From a virus: 64,000 nt of DNA. The position numbers and the translations under genes were made by a program. The stretch spans positions 64,001 to 128,000 of the IMG/VR virus record IMGVR_UViG_3300027714_000004; one strand, given 5' to 3'. The notes under the pieces are model-generated. The model was not told where the DNA came from, did not search any database, and was given only the letters and a program-made list of their open reading frames with translations. This document shows, piece by piece, positions 35,625-47,800 of the stretch. The first letter of the stretch is position 1; each line of letters opens with the position of its first letter.

Positions 35625-36940
35625 TGGCATCTAGTGAAAATAGTACACCCTTTTCTTTTGAAAGTATACAATTGGTTTCAAGTCACGAGAAGAAAATACC
35701 CTTCGAGATATCTGGTCTCGTGACCGATCTAGATGTGTTCGAACATCTGGACAAACCATACCTGACTGCAATGATGGTATTCCAAGACACTCGAAACATT
35801 GTCAATGGCGGCAATATACGGGGAGGGGATACTGTAAAGGTTAAGATACGCAACAATGATAACACCTCTGGTAGTATGTTCGTTGATAAATCTTTTCGTA
35901 TCGATAAGGTGATATCTTCAACTAGAATGGAACAGAATGAGAATAGCGAAAGCGTTGTCTTTCACCTGATAGAGAACCACTGGTACGAATCTAACCTATA
36001 CAATGTCAATAAATCCTATAGCGGATCTACCACTGAGATCCTATCTAAGATATCATCGGAGTTCCTATCCAACCGAAAGATAGAATCGTCTAAGACTGAC
36101 ATACAGAGCTTCAAAGTTATTGTACCTAACCTCACCCCAATCGAATCTATGTCTTGGTTGAAGAATAGATCGACCACAGATGGGGGATATCCGTTCTACC
36201 TGTTCTCCACACTCGTAGACAATGACCTACACTTCAAAGATCTGAAGACCATGATGTCCGAAAAACCTTGGAACGAGTTGATACCACACTCATTCGCAGC
36301 CTCCAATCAGGGTTCAGGTGAGGTCGAGATGAGAAGAACAATCAAGACGTACTCTCACAAAAACAGTGATAACCTGTTGACTCTTATCAATAAGGGATTG
36401 ATCGGTGCTAAACATCAGTACTTGAATGTCACTAAGAATATCTTGGATGAGGTCAAGTTCGATATACAGAAAGATGTTATTACTAAACTTAATACAGACG
36501 GGATCTCTAATGAAGATCGACCTTTGTATTCCGAAGACTTCAAGATAGGGGAAGACTCCTTCAATAAAATAGAGAGTCGTTTAATATCTCAAGTCAATGC
36601 GACTTCTGCATACCCTAAAGATAAAAGTTACTCGGAAAGTGATACTGTGGGTGAGTACAGAAGAGATATAATAAGTCGAACAGTACTAAATTTGATGCAA
36701 AGTGGCCCAATGACCATAACAGTCAATGGATTCGACTTTGCTAACAAGAACTATAATAGTGTGGGTAGTGTTATGCGTATAGCATTCCTTCTAACGAGTT
36801 ACAACGAAAATACATCTAAAACCTTTGATGGTAAGAAATCTGGCGACTACCTAGTATATTCTGCGAAACATTCGTTTAAGTCTGAAGGTTATGATGTTAC
36901 TGTATCTTGCATAAAATTGACAGATGGAGACTTTGAATGA
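35624..36940 (+). CDS. Baseplate hub protein (gp27-like)
   Basis: Between gp53 and gp5; E.LDKPYLT, VPNLTP and SGDYLV...H motifs. Confidence 0.7.
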   Translation: MASSENSTPFSFESIQLVSSHEKKIPFEISGLVTDLDVFEHLDKPYLTAMMVFQDTRNIVNGGNIRGGDTVKVKIRNNDNTSGSMFVDKSFRIDKVISSTRMEQNENSESVVFHLIENHWYESNLYNVNKSYSGSTTEILSKISSEFLSNRKIESSKTDIQSFKVIVPNLTPIESMSWLKNRSTTDGGYPFYLFSTLVDNDLHFKDLKTMMSEKPWNELIPHSFAASNQGSGEVEMRRTIKTYSHKNSDNLLTLINKGLIGAKHQYLNVTKNILDEVKFDIQKDVITKLNTDGISNEDRPLYSEDFKIGEDSFNKIESRLISQVNATSAYPKDKSYSESDTVGEYRRDIISRTVLNLMQSGPMTITVNGFDFANKNYNSVGSVMRIAFLLTSYNENTSKTFDGKKSGDYLVYSAKHSFKSEGYDVTVSCIKLTDGDFE

Positions 36941-37629
36941 TACCGAATACCTTTATAGACTTTTACGGTGACCAGACTCGTTGGTTCCTAGGTACAGTAG
37001 TCGATCTTAAAGATCCTATGGAACTCGGTAGGGTGAAGGTCGACGTATTTGGTATGTACGATAATATCAAAGATGAGGATCTACCTTGGGCTCAGATCGT
37101 TATGCCTGTCACCGAAGGTGGTACAAAAGGATTCGGTAAGAACCTAGGTATCCAGATTGGTGCTCAAGTATTCGGAATGTTCCTTGACGGAAAGAACTCT
37201 CAGTTACCTCTAGTTATGGGGTCAGTCCCTAAAGTAGAGGGAGAAGAACTGTCTACCAACGATTCGACGCGTGGTACCAACCCATATGATCCTGACCTGT
37301 TCGTAGGTTCGGACGAGGTGCCTGTACCCTATGGTGCAAAGTACCCTACCAACCAAGTCTCGGAGACTGCGGGCGGTCACCTAAAAGAGTACGATGATAC
37401 CGAGGGTGCTAAACGTATTCGCGAACGTCATGCGAACGGTACATTCTACCAGATGAACGATGATGGTGATATGGTCACACACGTGGTCAAGGATCGGTAC
37501 ACAGTCGTCGCTGGGGAAGATAAGATACATGTGAGTGGAAACGTGAAGGTTATTGTAGGCGGGGATGTAGACCTCTCTGCGACTGGTACCGTATCTATCA
37601 ATGCCGCAAACATTAAACTGAATTCGTAA
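36937..37629 (+). CDS. gp5: Baseplate central spike gp5 (OB-fold plus short beta-helix, no lysozyme)
   Basis: WFLGTV..DP.ELGRVKV, LPWA, VFGMFLDG..SQ.P; GH..EYDDT.G.RI. Confidence 0.88.
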   Translation: MIPNTFIDFYGDQTRWFLGTVVDLKDPMELGRVKVDVFGMYDNIKDEDLPWAQIVMPVTEGGTKGFGKNLGIQIGAQVFGMFLDGKNSQLPLVMGSVPKVEGEELSTNDSTRGTNPYDPDLFVGSDEVPVPYGAKYPTNQVSETAGGHLKEYDDTEGAKRIRERHANGTFYQMNDDGDMVTHVVKDRYTVVAGEDKIHVSGNVKVIVGGDVDLSATGTVSINAANIKLNS

Positions 37630-39008
37630 TGACACCTGAGATGCCAACCATCAGTCTAGAGTTACCTTGCTCTGATTCTCTCCTTCCTACTAAAGCGGAG
37701 TACGTCCAATTCTATAATGATATTGCGATGATCCCTAGTAAGTTGAAGGCATACAAGTCAAGCATCGATCTCAATAAGATTGCTGCGGATAAGAAGAAAC
37801 AACTAGAAGACGAAGCCGCTAAACTTGAAGGAGAGGTAGATAAACTCTCGGAGAAAGACATAGAGGCTGAGGTAAAGAAAGAGGTTGACAAGTACCTGAC
37901 CCAACTGACTGGTATAGAAGATATCATCGGACAGGTAGAAGAGTTCATGGAGATGCAAGAGACTATCCTATCTCCTTGGTGGTCGACAGGTAACATACGT
38001 AATTGGCAAAAAGAAGCTAACGATGCATGGTCGGAACTTATCGACGAGTTCCATATCTACATCCCCGTCAAGATGCTAGAACTGATATCGAGTGTAGTTC
38101 CCGTGGATTTCAAGGTATCTATAATGGGTATCAGTGTTGATATACTGAAGATACTGGAGAAGGAAGAACAGGAACGTCTGAAGACACAGATTACAGAACA
38201 GGTAGAACTCTATTATAACATGGTTCCTGCTGGATATCAATACCATAAAGGTGAATTTGGTATTAAGTGTGATGAATGGAAGGGTAAACTAACTTGGGCT
38301 TATTTCAAAAACGAAGTACTCAAGTGGTGCACCAACCTATTACAATCAACCTTCGGTGCATTGATCGATGCATTCAAAGAGATATGGGACACCTTGGGTC
38401 TACCTAGTCTACCTACTCTATTGAACTTCGATGTAGAGACTTTCATCCGTGAACAAATAGACTTGATCAAAGAACAAGCGTTGGGTCAAAAGGCATCCCT
38501 TGAAGCAGAGCTAGAACGACTCAAGAAGGACGCCGAGACACTGGAGGCAGATGCTAAGAAATTAGCGGAGGACACCAAGAAGGACGTAGAGAAATTAGCG
38601 GAGGACACCAAGAAGGATGCCCAAGAAAAGATTGCTAAGTTGGAAGAGGATATCGCAAACTTCACTATCAATGGATTCATCGTCGACGAACTCAAAAAAG
38701 TATCCTTGTTCGGTGTGACTCTTATAGATGTCATTGGGGGTGAGATCGATACCAATGTTGTGGTACCTGAAGAACAGATAAACGAAATGGTACGTGCGGC
38801 TAGAGATTGGTTTGCACAATGGCAGAAAGAACTGATCAACATGTGGATCAATGAGATCAAATCATTCCTAGATGCTATAGGACTAGGTGCGGTCTTAGAT
38901 TTCCTAACCCTCACCTTCTGTGATGTATTGAAGTTAATTGGGGTTCCGATGTCAATAGATTTAACTTTACCTGAATTACCTCAGATAGACGTTGCGGTTT
39001 CTGTATAA
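37629..39008 (+). CDS. Hypothetical coiled-coil protein coupled to gp5
   Basis: 459-aa ORF, TAATG overlap; tandem KLAEDTKKD repeat. Confidence 0.8.
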   Translation: MTPEMPTISLELPCSDSLLPTKAEYVQFYNDIAMIPSKLKAYKSSIDLNKIAADKKKQLEDEAAKLEGEVDKLSEKDIEAEVKKEVDKYLTQLTGIEDIIGQVEEFMEMQETILSPWWSTGNIRNWQKEANDAWSELIDEFHIYIPVKMLELISSVVPVDFKVSIMGISVDILKILEKEEQERLKTQITEQVELYYNMVPAGYQYHKGEFGIKCDEWKGKLTWAYFKNEVLKWCTNLLQSTFGALIDAFKEIWDTLGLPSLPTLLNFDVETFIREQIDLIKEQALGQKASLEAELERLKKDAETLEADAKKLAEDTKKDVEKLAEDTKKDAQEKIAKLEEDIANFTINGFIVDELKKVSLFGVTLIDVIGGEIDTNVVVPEEQINEMVRAARDWFAQWQKELINMWINEIKSFLDAIGLGAVLDFLTLTFCDVLKLIGVPMSIDLTLPELPQIDVAVSV

Positions 39009-39011
39009 ATA
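39004..39011 (+). promoter_or_regulatory. T4 late promoter
   Basis: TATAAATA before gp25. Confidence 0.8.
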
Positions 39012-39033
39012 GTATGAAAAGAGTTTAATCATT

Positions 39034-39474
39034 ATGGCAAAAGAATTCTCAATACAAGACGGTAACCTTTCTAATAGACCAATCACGGTTAGCATACCCC
39101 ATGTTAATAGTGATGTTGATTGTTCTTTTGAAAAGAAACCTTCGGGCGACATATATAAAAAGACAGAGGCAGCTGCCGTTCGTCAATCAGTAAAGAACTT
39201 ATTGATGACTAACTACGGTTCCGTGCCATTCCGACCTCTTCTCGGTGCTAACCTAGGAGATCTTCTGTTTAACCTGTCGACCAACTTAGAAAGTGAAGAC
39301 GTACGTATTGCCATACGAGAAACTTTACGAGATCACGAACCTAGAGTTAGAGTAAAAAAGGTTGACGTGAATATTAAAGACGAATATAATAGTGTTAGTA
39401 TACAAGTGACTTTTGAAGTAATTAGTACATCAGTGACTGACTCTGTGAACGTGAACATCGCGAGGATACGATAA
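39034..39474 (+). CDS. gp25: Baseplate wedge subunit gp25
   Basis: AVRQSVKNLLMTN.G..PF.P.LG...LLF; EPRV. Confidence 0.92.
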   Translation: MAKEFSIQDGNLSNRPITVSIPHVNSDVDCSFEKKPSGDIYKKTEAAAVRQSVKNLLMTNYGSVPFRPLLGANLGDLLFNLSTNLESEDVRIAIRETLRDHEPRVRVKKVDVNIKDEYNSVSIQVTFEVISTSVTDSVNVNIARIR

Positions 39475-41247
39475 ATGACAATAAAAACTTCTGATCTAGA
39501 TTTTGCAAACATTAAACAAAGTCTAATAGAACACTTCCAACAGAGTGACGATTTCAATGATTACGATTTTGATGGTAGTGGACTCTCTAGTCTCCTAGAT
39601 GTACTTGCGTACAATACACACATCAATGGATTGACAGCCAACATGGCGATCAATGAATCCTTTCTGTCTTCATCTCAGATACGATCTTCAGTACTTGCTC
39701 ACGCCGAAGCGTTGGGGTACACTACGAAGTCTCGTACAGGTTCAACTGCTCTAGTTAACTTAACTATCGATGCACTACCCCTCGAAGATGTTTTGACAAT
39801 ACCTTTGTACCACAGATTCTCAGCAGACGTTGATGAAGTAGCCTTCACCTTCTCTACTCAGGAACAGTTTACCGCATACAAAGAAAATGACCAGTTCTTT
39901 TTCGAAAATGTTCGGATTCATGAGGGTGCTACTAAATCAAACACCTTTATCGTATCTGACGAAGACTCTGCATATGTGATAGCAGATAAGAACATAGATA
40001 CGTCTACCATGCTCGTTAAGGTATTCGAGAACTTCAACACGACATCTTACACCACATACATCAATATCGAAAGTTCGGTTACTATCGGTGACGAGTCTAG
40101 AGTGTACATTGTAAAGGAAGTCTCGAATGGTTATTTCGAAATCTTCTTCAGTGATGGTAACGTATTGGGTACGACTCCTGCGGTAGGTAGTAAGGTTCAG
40201 GTAGAATATTTACAGACCCGTGGCCCAGAGTCTAACGGTGCTACTCTATTCTCCGCTGAATTCCTGAATGGAAGACCGATTACTGTCGAAACTGTATCTA
40301 AGTCGTCAGGAGGTTCCGAGAGAGAATCCCTATCTCAGATAAAGAAGAATGCTCCTAGAGTATACACTGCACAGCAGAGACTCGTCACTGCGGCAGATTA
40401 CGAGAATTTGATTAAGAGTAAGTTTTCAGAATATATAAACGATGTTGTTGCATGGGGTGGCCACGATAATATACCACCTGAGTTCGGTAAAGTCTTTGTT
40501 AGTCTAAACTTCAATGAGGGTACTGACGAACAGAAGAAAACAGCGACCGAGACTCTTATCCAAGATAATCTGACCTCTAACCTCGCTATTATGTCAATCG
40601 ATACCAAATTCGTTGACCCACAAGAGACGTTCCTCGAACTAACGTGTAGATTCAACCTAGACCCTACTAAGTCAGAGACCCCTGAGGCTATGCAGGTAGC
40701 GGTGAAGAATATCATCAAGACACACTTCAATTCCTCACTAGAGACCTTCGACGCAGTCTTCCGTAGATCCAATCTATTGAAAGATATCGACGATCTGAGT
40801 TCTGCTATACTGAACTCTCGTTTGGACGTTGTAGGTCAACAGAGAGTATTGATAGAAAATAATAACCAAAGGGACTATACAATAAATTTCCCTTATGCGA
40901 TTGCTGCTCCGGACAAAGACGACTATACTGTAAAGACCTCTATATTCAAATATCAGGGTCAGGATGTGTATATCAAGAATGTTCTTGGGTCAAACCGACT
41001 ACAGATATTCGACCTAAGTAATGTTGTTAGAGAGAGAAACATAGGATGTTATGAACCCGCGACAGGAGAGGTTTTCTTCACGGCACTTTCAGTAGACACT
41101 CTGAACCCCATTACATTGAAAGTATCTGTGACTCCTGCTAATACTAGTACAGTACGTCCACTAAGAAATTATATCATCATGTTGGACGAAGACGCATTAT
41201 CTGCCAATGCAGTAATTGACACTCAGTCTACCAGAGTATTATTGTAA
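39475..41247 (+). CDS. gp6: Baseplate wedge subunit gp6
   Basis: LDFANIK, DYDFDGSGL, LAYNTH, Q.RLVTA.DY, WGG..N.PP.FGKV. Confidence 0.94.
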   Translation: MTIKTSDLDFANIKQSLIEHFQQSDDFNDYDFDGSGLSSLLDVLAYNTHINGLTANMAINESFLSSSQIRSSVLAHAEALGYTTKSRTGSTALVNLTIDALPLEDVLTIPLYHRFSADVDEVAFTFSTQEQFTAYKENDQFFFENVRIHEGATKSNTFIVSDEDSAYVIADKNIDTSTMLVKVFENFNTTSYTTYINIESSVTIGDESRVYIVKEVSNGYFEIFFSDGNVLGTTPAVGSKVQVEYLQTRGPESNGATLFSAEFLNGRPITVETVSKSSGGSERESLSQIKKNAPRVYTAQQRLVTAADYENLIKSKFSEYINDVVAWGGHDNIPPEFGKVFVSLNFNEGTDEQKKTATETLIQDNLTSNLAIMSIDTKFVDPQETFLELTCRFNLDPTKSETPEAMQVAVKNIIKTHFNSSLETFDAVFRRSNLLKDIDDLSSAILNSRLDVVGQQRVLIENNNQRDYTINFPYAIAAPDKDDYTVKTSIFKYQGQDVYIKNVLGSNRLQIFDLSNVVRERNIGCYEPATGEVFFTALSVDTLNPITLKVSVTPANTSTVRPLRNYIIMLDEDALSANAVIDTQSTRVLL

Positions 41248-41248
41248 A

Positions 41249-42271
41249 ATGTATAATATAGAAATCAACCCTAAGAGGAATAAGATATCCTTCCATAATT
41301 CTAAAGTTGTTGAAGCGTTACCTGATTTCTATGATACCGAGTATCCATTATTCATTAAGTTCTTAGAAACTTACTATGACTATATGGATGGTGATGCCGA
41401 TGGGTCTTTTTCTAGAGTTATACGTGACCTATTCCACGGACGAAATATCTCCGCGTTAACATCTACAGTAGACGATCAAGGGAATCCCGTATATAACGAC
41501 TTCCTCGATCTGTTGTTCGATGAGATAGGGGATGGATTAAATTCGTCATCCTTCCATGACAACCCAAGAATGATGGCTCGGTTAATCTCTGACTTCTATC
41601 GTTCTAAAGGTACACAGATATCTGCTGAACAGTTCTTCAAAGCATTCTTCAATGAAGATGTCGAAGTAACGTATCCAAAGAGAAACATCTTCATACTGAA
41701 TGACCAACCCGGCGGTTCCTTAATTGGGCCAGAGTCGTTGAAGTACATTCAAGATGATAAGAGATACCAGATATTCTCGGTTCTTTTGAAAACAGGTCTA
41801 TCGTTCAGTGACTACGAAGACTTGTATAAGAGAATGGTACATCCTGCTGGATTCTACCTATCGGCAGACGTAGTTATCAATGGTCACGCTATAATGGGTG
41901 TACGTGCAGGTCTACCTACAGATCCACTCGCTCCCGCTGAATACCCAATGCAACTTGTCAGTCAGTCATCAGGTGCAAATGTTGTTCCAGAGTTCAACTT
42001 ATTGAACATGGCACATCCATCAGGGGCAGGTGGTATATCTCAGTTCAACTTACTGACTGCGTCAGATCCAGTTGACAGTCAATTACTGATCAGTTCTATG
42101 AAGATACTCGATCAGTATCATGATATGTCTCTAAGTAGATTGCAAGAGATCCACGGAACTATTGCTGAGTGGGGATCACCGAATTCGGTCACTATGGACG
42201 ACCAAAACATTCTCATGTCAGATACCGCTTATTGTAAAGATGCTGATGAAGCAGAAGATACACTACCATGA
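41249..42271 (+). CDS. Baseplate wedge initiator gp7-like (short)
   Basis: YPLFIKFLETYYDY, FYRSKGT and VHPAG motifs; follows gp6. Confidence 0.75.
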   Translation: MYNIEINPKRNKISFHNSKVVEALPDFYDTEYPLFIKFLETYYDYMDGDADGSFSRVIRDLFHGRNISALTSTVDDQGNPVYNDFLDLLFDEIGDGLNSSSFHDNPRMMARLISDFYRSKGTQISAEQFFKAFFNEDVEVTYPKRNIFILNDQPGGSLIGPESLKYIQDDKRYQIFSVLLKTGLSFSDYEDLYKRMVHPAGFYLSADVVINGHAIMGVRAGLPTDPLAPAEYPMQLVSQSSGANVVPEFNLLNMAHPSGAGGISQFNLLTASDPVDSQLLISSMKILDQYHDMSLSRLQEIHGTIAEWGSPNSVTMDDQNILMSDTAYCKDADEAEDTLP

Positions 42272-42307
42272 AATTAAACAAACATAACAGAAATTTAGGG
42301 AAGTATA

Positions 42308-44500
42308 ATGACTAGACAAATCATAGGATTAGGTGCTGCTGCCAACAATAATAGTGGTGATACCCTACGAGCAGCTGGTAATAAGATTAATGATAATTTC
42401 AATGAAATCTATTCCCTACTTGAACTTACAGGTACAGATGGGACTGGAGTAACTCTTGCAGACTTAGAGTCTCTTATTGGTACATCGGTAGATAGCGCCC
42501 TAGGTTCTAGTAACTTGACTGGTGACCTCGCAGCACTTGTTGAGACCAACCAAGCAGACATTACGTATATCTTATCACAACTTACCACTGTTCAAGGATT
42601 GATTGATAGTGATACAGATGCGAGTGCCACAGCACGTGCAGATTTGTTAACCTATATCGATGTTAATGGAATCGACATCACGGTACTTTCTCAAGACATC
42701 GTAGACCTTAAAGTAACTCTAGAGAATAGTATTGCCGCTGCAAACAGTACTCTAACTGCACGTATCGACCAAACCGAAGATTCTCTTACTGTACTTGCAT
42801 CTGATGTAACTGCATTGGAAGTACAAACATCGACCGACCTTGGTGATGCAGTGTCTGCCGCAACAAGTTCATTGACTACCCGTATTGATGCAACTGATGA
42901 ATCGTATTCAGTCATAGCGTCCGATGTCACTGACTTGAAAGTTGGTTTAGCACTAATTGACTCCGACTTCATATCTGGGATCGCAGGCGCTACTGCTAAC
43001 ACCACACTCTTAGCTCGTCTTGACGCTAACTCTGATTCGATAAGTACGCTATCCGGACAATACACAAACCTCGGTACGACTCTTGATATCTTGGATAGTG
43101 GTGCAGTAACAACAATAGCCGCAGATGCGGATAAGGTACTGGAAGCAAGCATCACCGTGACAACAGATGGTAAAATAGCTGTAGTTAGTAAAAGTGTAAC
43201 CGATCTTACAACTATTCTGAAGGATAGTGAAAACGGAACTGTTTTAACAGGTAGTGCTGTAAACGCACTATCTACTCGTCTTGACGCAGATAGTAACAAG
43301 ATGTCTAGTGTAAGTGAGTCCTTAACCACTCTTACCGCTACTTTGAAGGATAGTCCTAATGGTACAATCCTCACTGGTAGTGCATTATCTTCACTATCTG
43401 CCGCAGTGTATGATTCTGAAAATGGTATTGGGTCTTTAAGTTCGGACATCGTCAGTCTAAACAATTCGTTAAAAGACAGTCCTAATGGAACTCTCATTAG
43501 TGCTAGTGCGGTATCTAGTTTAACTTCAGCAGTATTTCATGACTCCACTGGTCTTTCATCATTAAACAGTGACTTCACTGAGTTGAAGGGAACCCTAGGA
43601 GATTCGACAGGTGGAATTATTGCTAGTGTAGCAGCATTCGAAAGATTATCAGCTGACCTAAATTACAACTCTGATACTGGTACCACTTCCATAGATGCTA
43701 GTAAACTAACTAACTTGTCAGCTGCGATTGGAGACACAGTAAACGCAAGCGGTAGTGATGAATTATCAATATTATTATATGATAATTCTGATGGTGTTGG
43801 TGCACTGGGTACAAAGTTAACTACTCTAACCAATACCCTGAAGGATAGTCCTAATGGTACAGTACTCTCTGGTAGTGCGGTATCAGGACTTACCTCTCGT
43901 ATGGATGCGGATAGTGCTAGCCTTTCAGTATTAAACAGCGACTACACTAGGTTGAAGGGTACCCTAGAAGATTTGTCAACTGGACTTTTTGCTGAGGTCG
44001 AAGCACTAGAAGAATTGACTTCTAAGATAGTATTGGACTCTGCCGGAAACCTCGTAGTATCTGCTTCGAGTATTACTGACCTATCATCAACGATTGGTGG
44101 TGTTGTTTCTTCGGCAACATCTGGTATGATTACTTCTGCCACTTTAGCGGCAGCATTAGATAGTGGTGATCACGTTCCAGACCTAACATCCAAATACTTC
44201 GTCAACTTGAATGCCGGAGTCTTTGCAGGGTTCGAACTATTAAGTGGTGCTTCGGTATCATCTCTCGTTATGAGTGTAAATGACTTTAAGGTACAGACAC
44301 CAAGTGGTGACAACACCCCCTTTAGTGTTAACACTGAGGACGGTATTGTTGAGATGGAGAATGTACGACTTAAAGGTGAACTAGATATTGAACAAACGGT
44401 TGCTGGCGAAGGTACGTTGAAGATAGACAATCAGACGATAGTAATCAAAGACGCTTTGGGAAATGATCGTGTTAGATTCGGTAAACTAACACCAACTTAA
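42308..44500 (+). CDS. Tail fibre-like protein: gp9/gp10-type N-terminal anchor, coiled coil, C-terminal beta domain
   Basis: GDTLRAAGNKINDNFNEIY; LKDSPNGT repeats; C-terminal RVRFGKL. Confidence 0.75.
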   Translation: MTRQIIGLGAAANNNSGDTLRAAGNKINDNFNEIYSLLELTGTDGTGVTLADLESLIGTSVDSALGSSNLTGDLAALVETNQADITYILSQLTTVQGLIDSDTDASATARADLLTYIDVNGIDITVLSQDIVDLKVTLENSIAAANSTLTARIDQTEDSLTVLASDVTALEVQTSTDLGDAVSAATSSLTTRIDATDESYSVIASDVTDLKVGLALIDSDFISGIAGATANTTLLARLDANSDSISTLSGQYTNLGTTLDILDSGAVTTIAADADKVLEASITVTTDGKIAVVSKSVTDLTTILKDSENGTVLTGSAVNALSTRLDADSNKMSSVSESLTTLTATLKDSPNGTILTGSALSSLSAAVYDSENGIGSLSSDIVSLNNSLKDSPNGTLISASAVSSLTSAVFHDSTGLSSLNSDFTELKGTLGDSTGGIIASVAAFERLSADLNYNSDTGTTSIDASKLTNLSAAIGDTVNASGSDELSILLYDNSDGVGALGTKLTTLTNTLKDSPNGTVLSGSAVSGLTSRMDADSASLSVLNSDYTRLKGTLEDLSTGLFAEVEALEELTSKIVLDSAGNLVVSASSITDLSSTIGGVVSSATSGMITSATLAAALDSGDHVPDLTSKYFVNLNAGVFAGFELLSGASVSSLVMSVNDFKVQTPSGDNTPFSVNTEDGIVEMENVRLKGELDIEQTVAGEGTLKIDNQTIVIKDALGNDRVRFGKLTPT

Positions 44501-44517
44501 TCTAAGGAGATTATACG

Positions 44518-44832
44518 ATGTCTAATTATGGAATGGAAATTATAAGTCCAGATAGTGACGGTAATGGTAACTCGATAGTATCGCGAGTTGTTTTCTCCGA
44601 TAGTATTAGAACCTCCAATATCCAACTACACGAGACAATATCCTTGGCCAAGAATACAAGTACATTTATCTCTTGTCTAGATGCTAACGATCCCTCTAAA
44701 ATAATAATCACCTTTGAACAGGCCCGTGGTTTTGTTATAAGTAACAAGACCCCTCTTGGGTTTACAGTAACTAATGAATACCAGTACATGAACACTCTTA
44801 CTGGTACAGTCATCGCAGTGAGAATTGGATAA
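44518..44832 (+). CDS. Small fibre-module protein (MSxYGxEI type)
   Basis: N-terminal motif shared with 57407-57781; RBS AAGGAG. Confidence 0.75.
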   Translation: MSNYGMEIISPDSDGNGNSIVSRVVFSDSIRTSNIQLHETISLAKNTSTFISCLDANDPSKIIITFEQARGFVISNKTPLGFTVTNEYQYMNTLTGTVIAVRIG

Positions 44833-47800
44833 TGTCATACGGATTAAAAATTACGGGAAACGATGATGGCGGTAACTTCACGGTTGCCGACACTGATCTA
44901 GGCATGGTCAACTTAGTAGTTACCGATGTCGGTAGAGCATCGTCCTTCAATCTTGTAGGGGGTATTCAGCCGGGCGACTATATTTACGTGAGATATCCTT
45001 CTGCGCCTGGCGGTGGAGGGTATACTCCTATACAGATGGGAGAAGGTCTATCAGCGGTTCAGATAGATAGACCTTTAATCTATAATATAGATGCTGTCTT
45101 AGTTGCGGGTTCCCCTACCTCAGACATGACCATAAACTTTAAAGGTTCCGCATGGAAGTGGCTTAATTCTCCTAATTCATATCAATCTGATACACTCTAC
45201 ACATACAATGATTTCGTAGTAGATATGGATTACTTTGTAGTCCGTAAGGCTTCTACCATCAATGCACTGGGATTGGACACCTCAGAGGATTACGGTTTCC
45301 AACTACTCAACGTAGACAGTGTATCTGGTGCTAGTGAAATCGCACTTGATTCCAGAAGTTTTACCTCTGACAAAACCTTTTACATAGAAGGGTATCTGCC
45401 CCCAGACAATAACTTCGGCGAGATAAATGGCAATTCTACCACGTTATCCTATACAGATGGTTGTTACGTCAATCTAGAATGGTCTGCCAGATCAGCGGTT
45501 CCTTTCTTTCCGTCCTTCGGAGCAGCACCCCTTCTCGGACTTTCTATCACGGATACTATGGCATATAGTATTGACGGAGATACTACTATAGTAGGTGGTG
45601 GTGGAGAACCAGAATTACGAATCTGGTCTAGTTATAATGCAATATTTGCAGCTAAACTAGGAGCGGGTATATCTTCTTCCACACCACCCAATGAGTCAGG
45701 TGGTGGTACTGTAACTCCTCCACCAACTGAACCCAACGAAATCACAGGTACAATCGACTACGTATCTGGAAACACTGTGACCGAAGGTAACACAATATCC
45801 TTTAACGCAGTAACGTCTGTATCATCCAATTACCACACTCGCGTCTTTAGACTGTCTGGGTCGGCAGGGGATGCAGGAAAAGATTTCAATACCGTAACAT
45901 CTCCATTCACCGGAACCTCCCATACCGTGACGTTGAGCACATATGACACGAGCTCTGGTCAACAGACATTTAATAATATCTATAGTCAGGGTTATGTCGG
46001 AACTTACTCTAGAGACAGAGTATCTGCCTACACAAGAGAAGTAGCAGCTTCGTATAGTAGAACCTTCGTTGGCAACTTCATTGGTAACTATTCAGGTACT
46101 ACTTCTTACCAGACCGACTTCTCTAGTAACTATAATCAAACGGTTGATTACACAAGAACTATTTCGCGTACCGAATCATTCATCGGTAACTATTCACGTT
46201 CGAGATTAGCGGTATCCACACGAACTTCTATATACTCTAGAAATATATCGTATACCGGAAACTTCCTAGGGAACTATGCAGGAGCATACTCAAGAACTCG
46301 TACAAAAACTTCCTCCTACACCAGAGATTTTTCTAGGACGGACTCATATACGGGTAATTATGAAGCTTCGCGGGTGCTTTATGAAGGTGGTGATGAAGTT
46401 ACCTTCCCACTATTCTTCGTTTCATATTACTCTAGAGTCAGACCCTCTTCATTTGCGGGTACCTACACACGAAATAGAGCAGACAGTAATTCATACACAG
46501 GGTACTATAGTAGAACCAGTACCAGAACAGTACCTGCTTCATATCTAGGAACGTACAGTAGAAACAGAGTAAGTACATATGCTAGGTCTAGAGCAACCAG
46601 TGGTTCCCAAGTATTGACCTTCAATGGTACATACACTCGATACTTTTCTGGTGCTTACAGTCGGACAGGTTACTATTCAGGAGCATACACAGCATTTTAT
46701 ACCGGAAACTTTGGGCAGACAGCAGATTACTCTAGATTTCGTCAAGTATCCTTTACAGGAAACTATAGCAGGAACGTTACATCTACCAATACCTTCTCTC
46801 GTAGTTTCACTAATACTACCCCGTACTCGTCGGCGTATAGTCGTACGACCACGGGTACCATTACGGATCCAGCGTCCACGAGGAACGTTAATTACTCTAG
46901 GTCTTTCGTAGGGGACTATGCGAACACTGGTACCTTTATGGGTAACTTTGTAGGAAACTACCTTAGGTATTTTACAAGAAACGTAGGTTACGCTAGAACC
47001 ACCGTTGGATATCAGTATCTCCCAACTCCTAGAACCTACTGGTACGAGTATCCACATGCAGAACAGATTGACGAGCCAGGGGGCCCTCCCGCTATTCTCC
47101 TACGACATATCGTAGTTTATGTCGGTAACGTAATTGTTGCAACAGGAATATCTTCGAGCCTTAATCCCACAACATATCTTTTATCGGGTGGTGTATATTA
47201 CCATAAAGGTTCTCTTAATTATTCTTCAGCAGGTGATCAGACTTACTTTAGTATTGGTCAGAGTCTTGATGGTGGGCCACCGTCAGCGGGAACATCGTAT
47301 TACACTAGAACCGGATACTATGCAAGTTCTTACGCGGGTGCCTATGCAAGAACATTTGCTGGGACTGGTACCTTTTCAAGATCTCGTCTAATGGAATATT
47401 CAAGAGTCGTTCCATATACTTTGGTTCGTACTAGTACCTATACTGGGTATTACTCTAGAAGTTATACCTCAGGCGCAGTGAGAACTGCTTCATATACTGC
47501 GTACTATGCTGGCACAGCATCATATACTAGAAACCGTGCGGCTACCTACGGAGGAAACTACACGGGTGCTGCTGTAAGTTACATATATGATCCCGAATCT
47601 GGACAGTCAAGAGTTGTATCTCCATTCTCATCACGTCAACGTATTGCTTACTATTCGGGTACCTACACAAGAGGTCTTAGTTATAGCAGAAATAGACCAA
47701 TGTCCTATGCAGGAGCATACACCAGAACTAGCGCATACTCTGCAAGTTACGTAGGGAACTACAGCAGAACTTTATCGGATAGTTATTCGGGGACATATGC

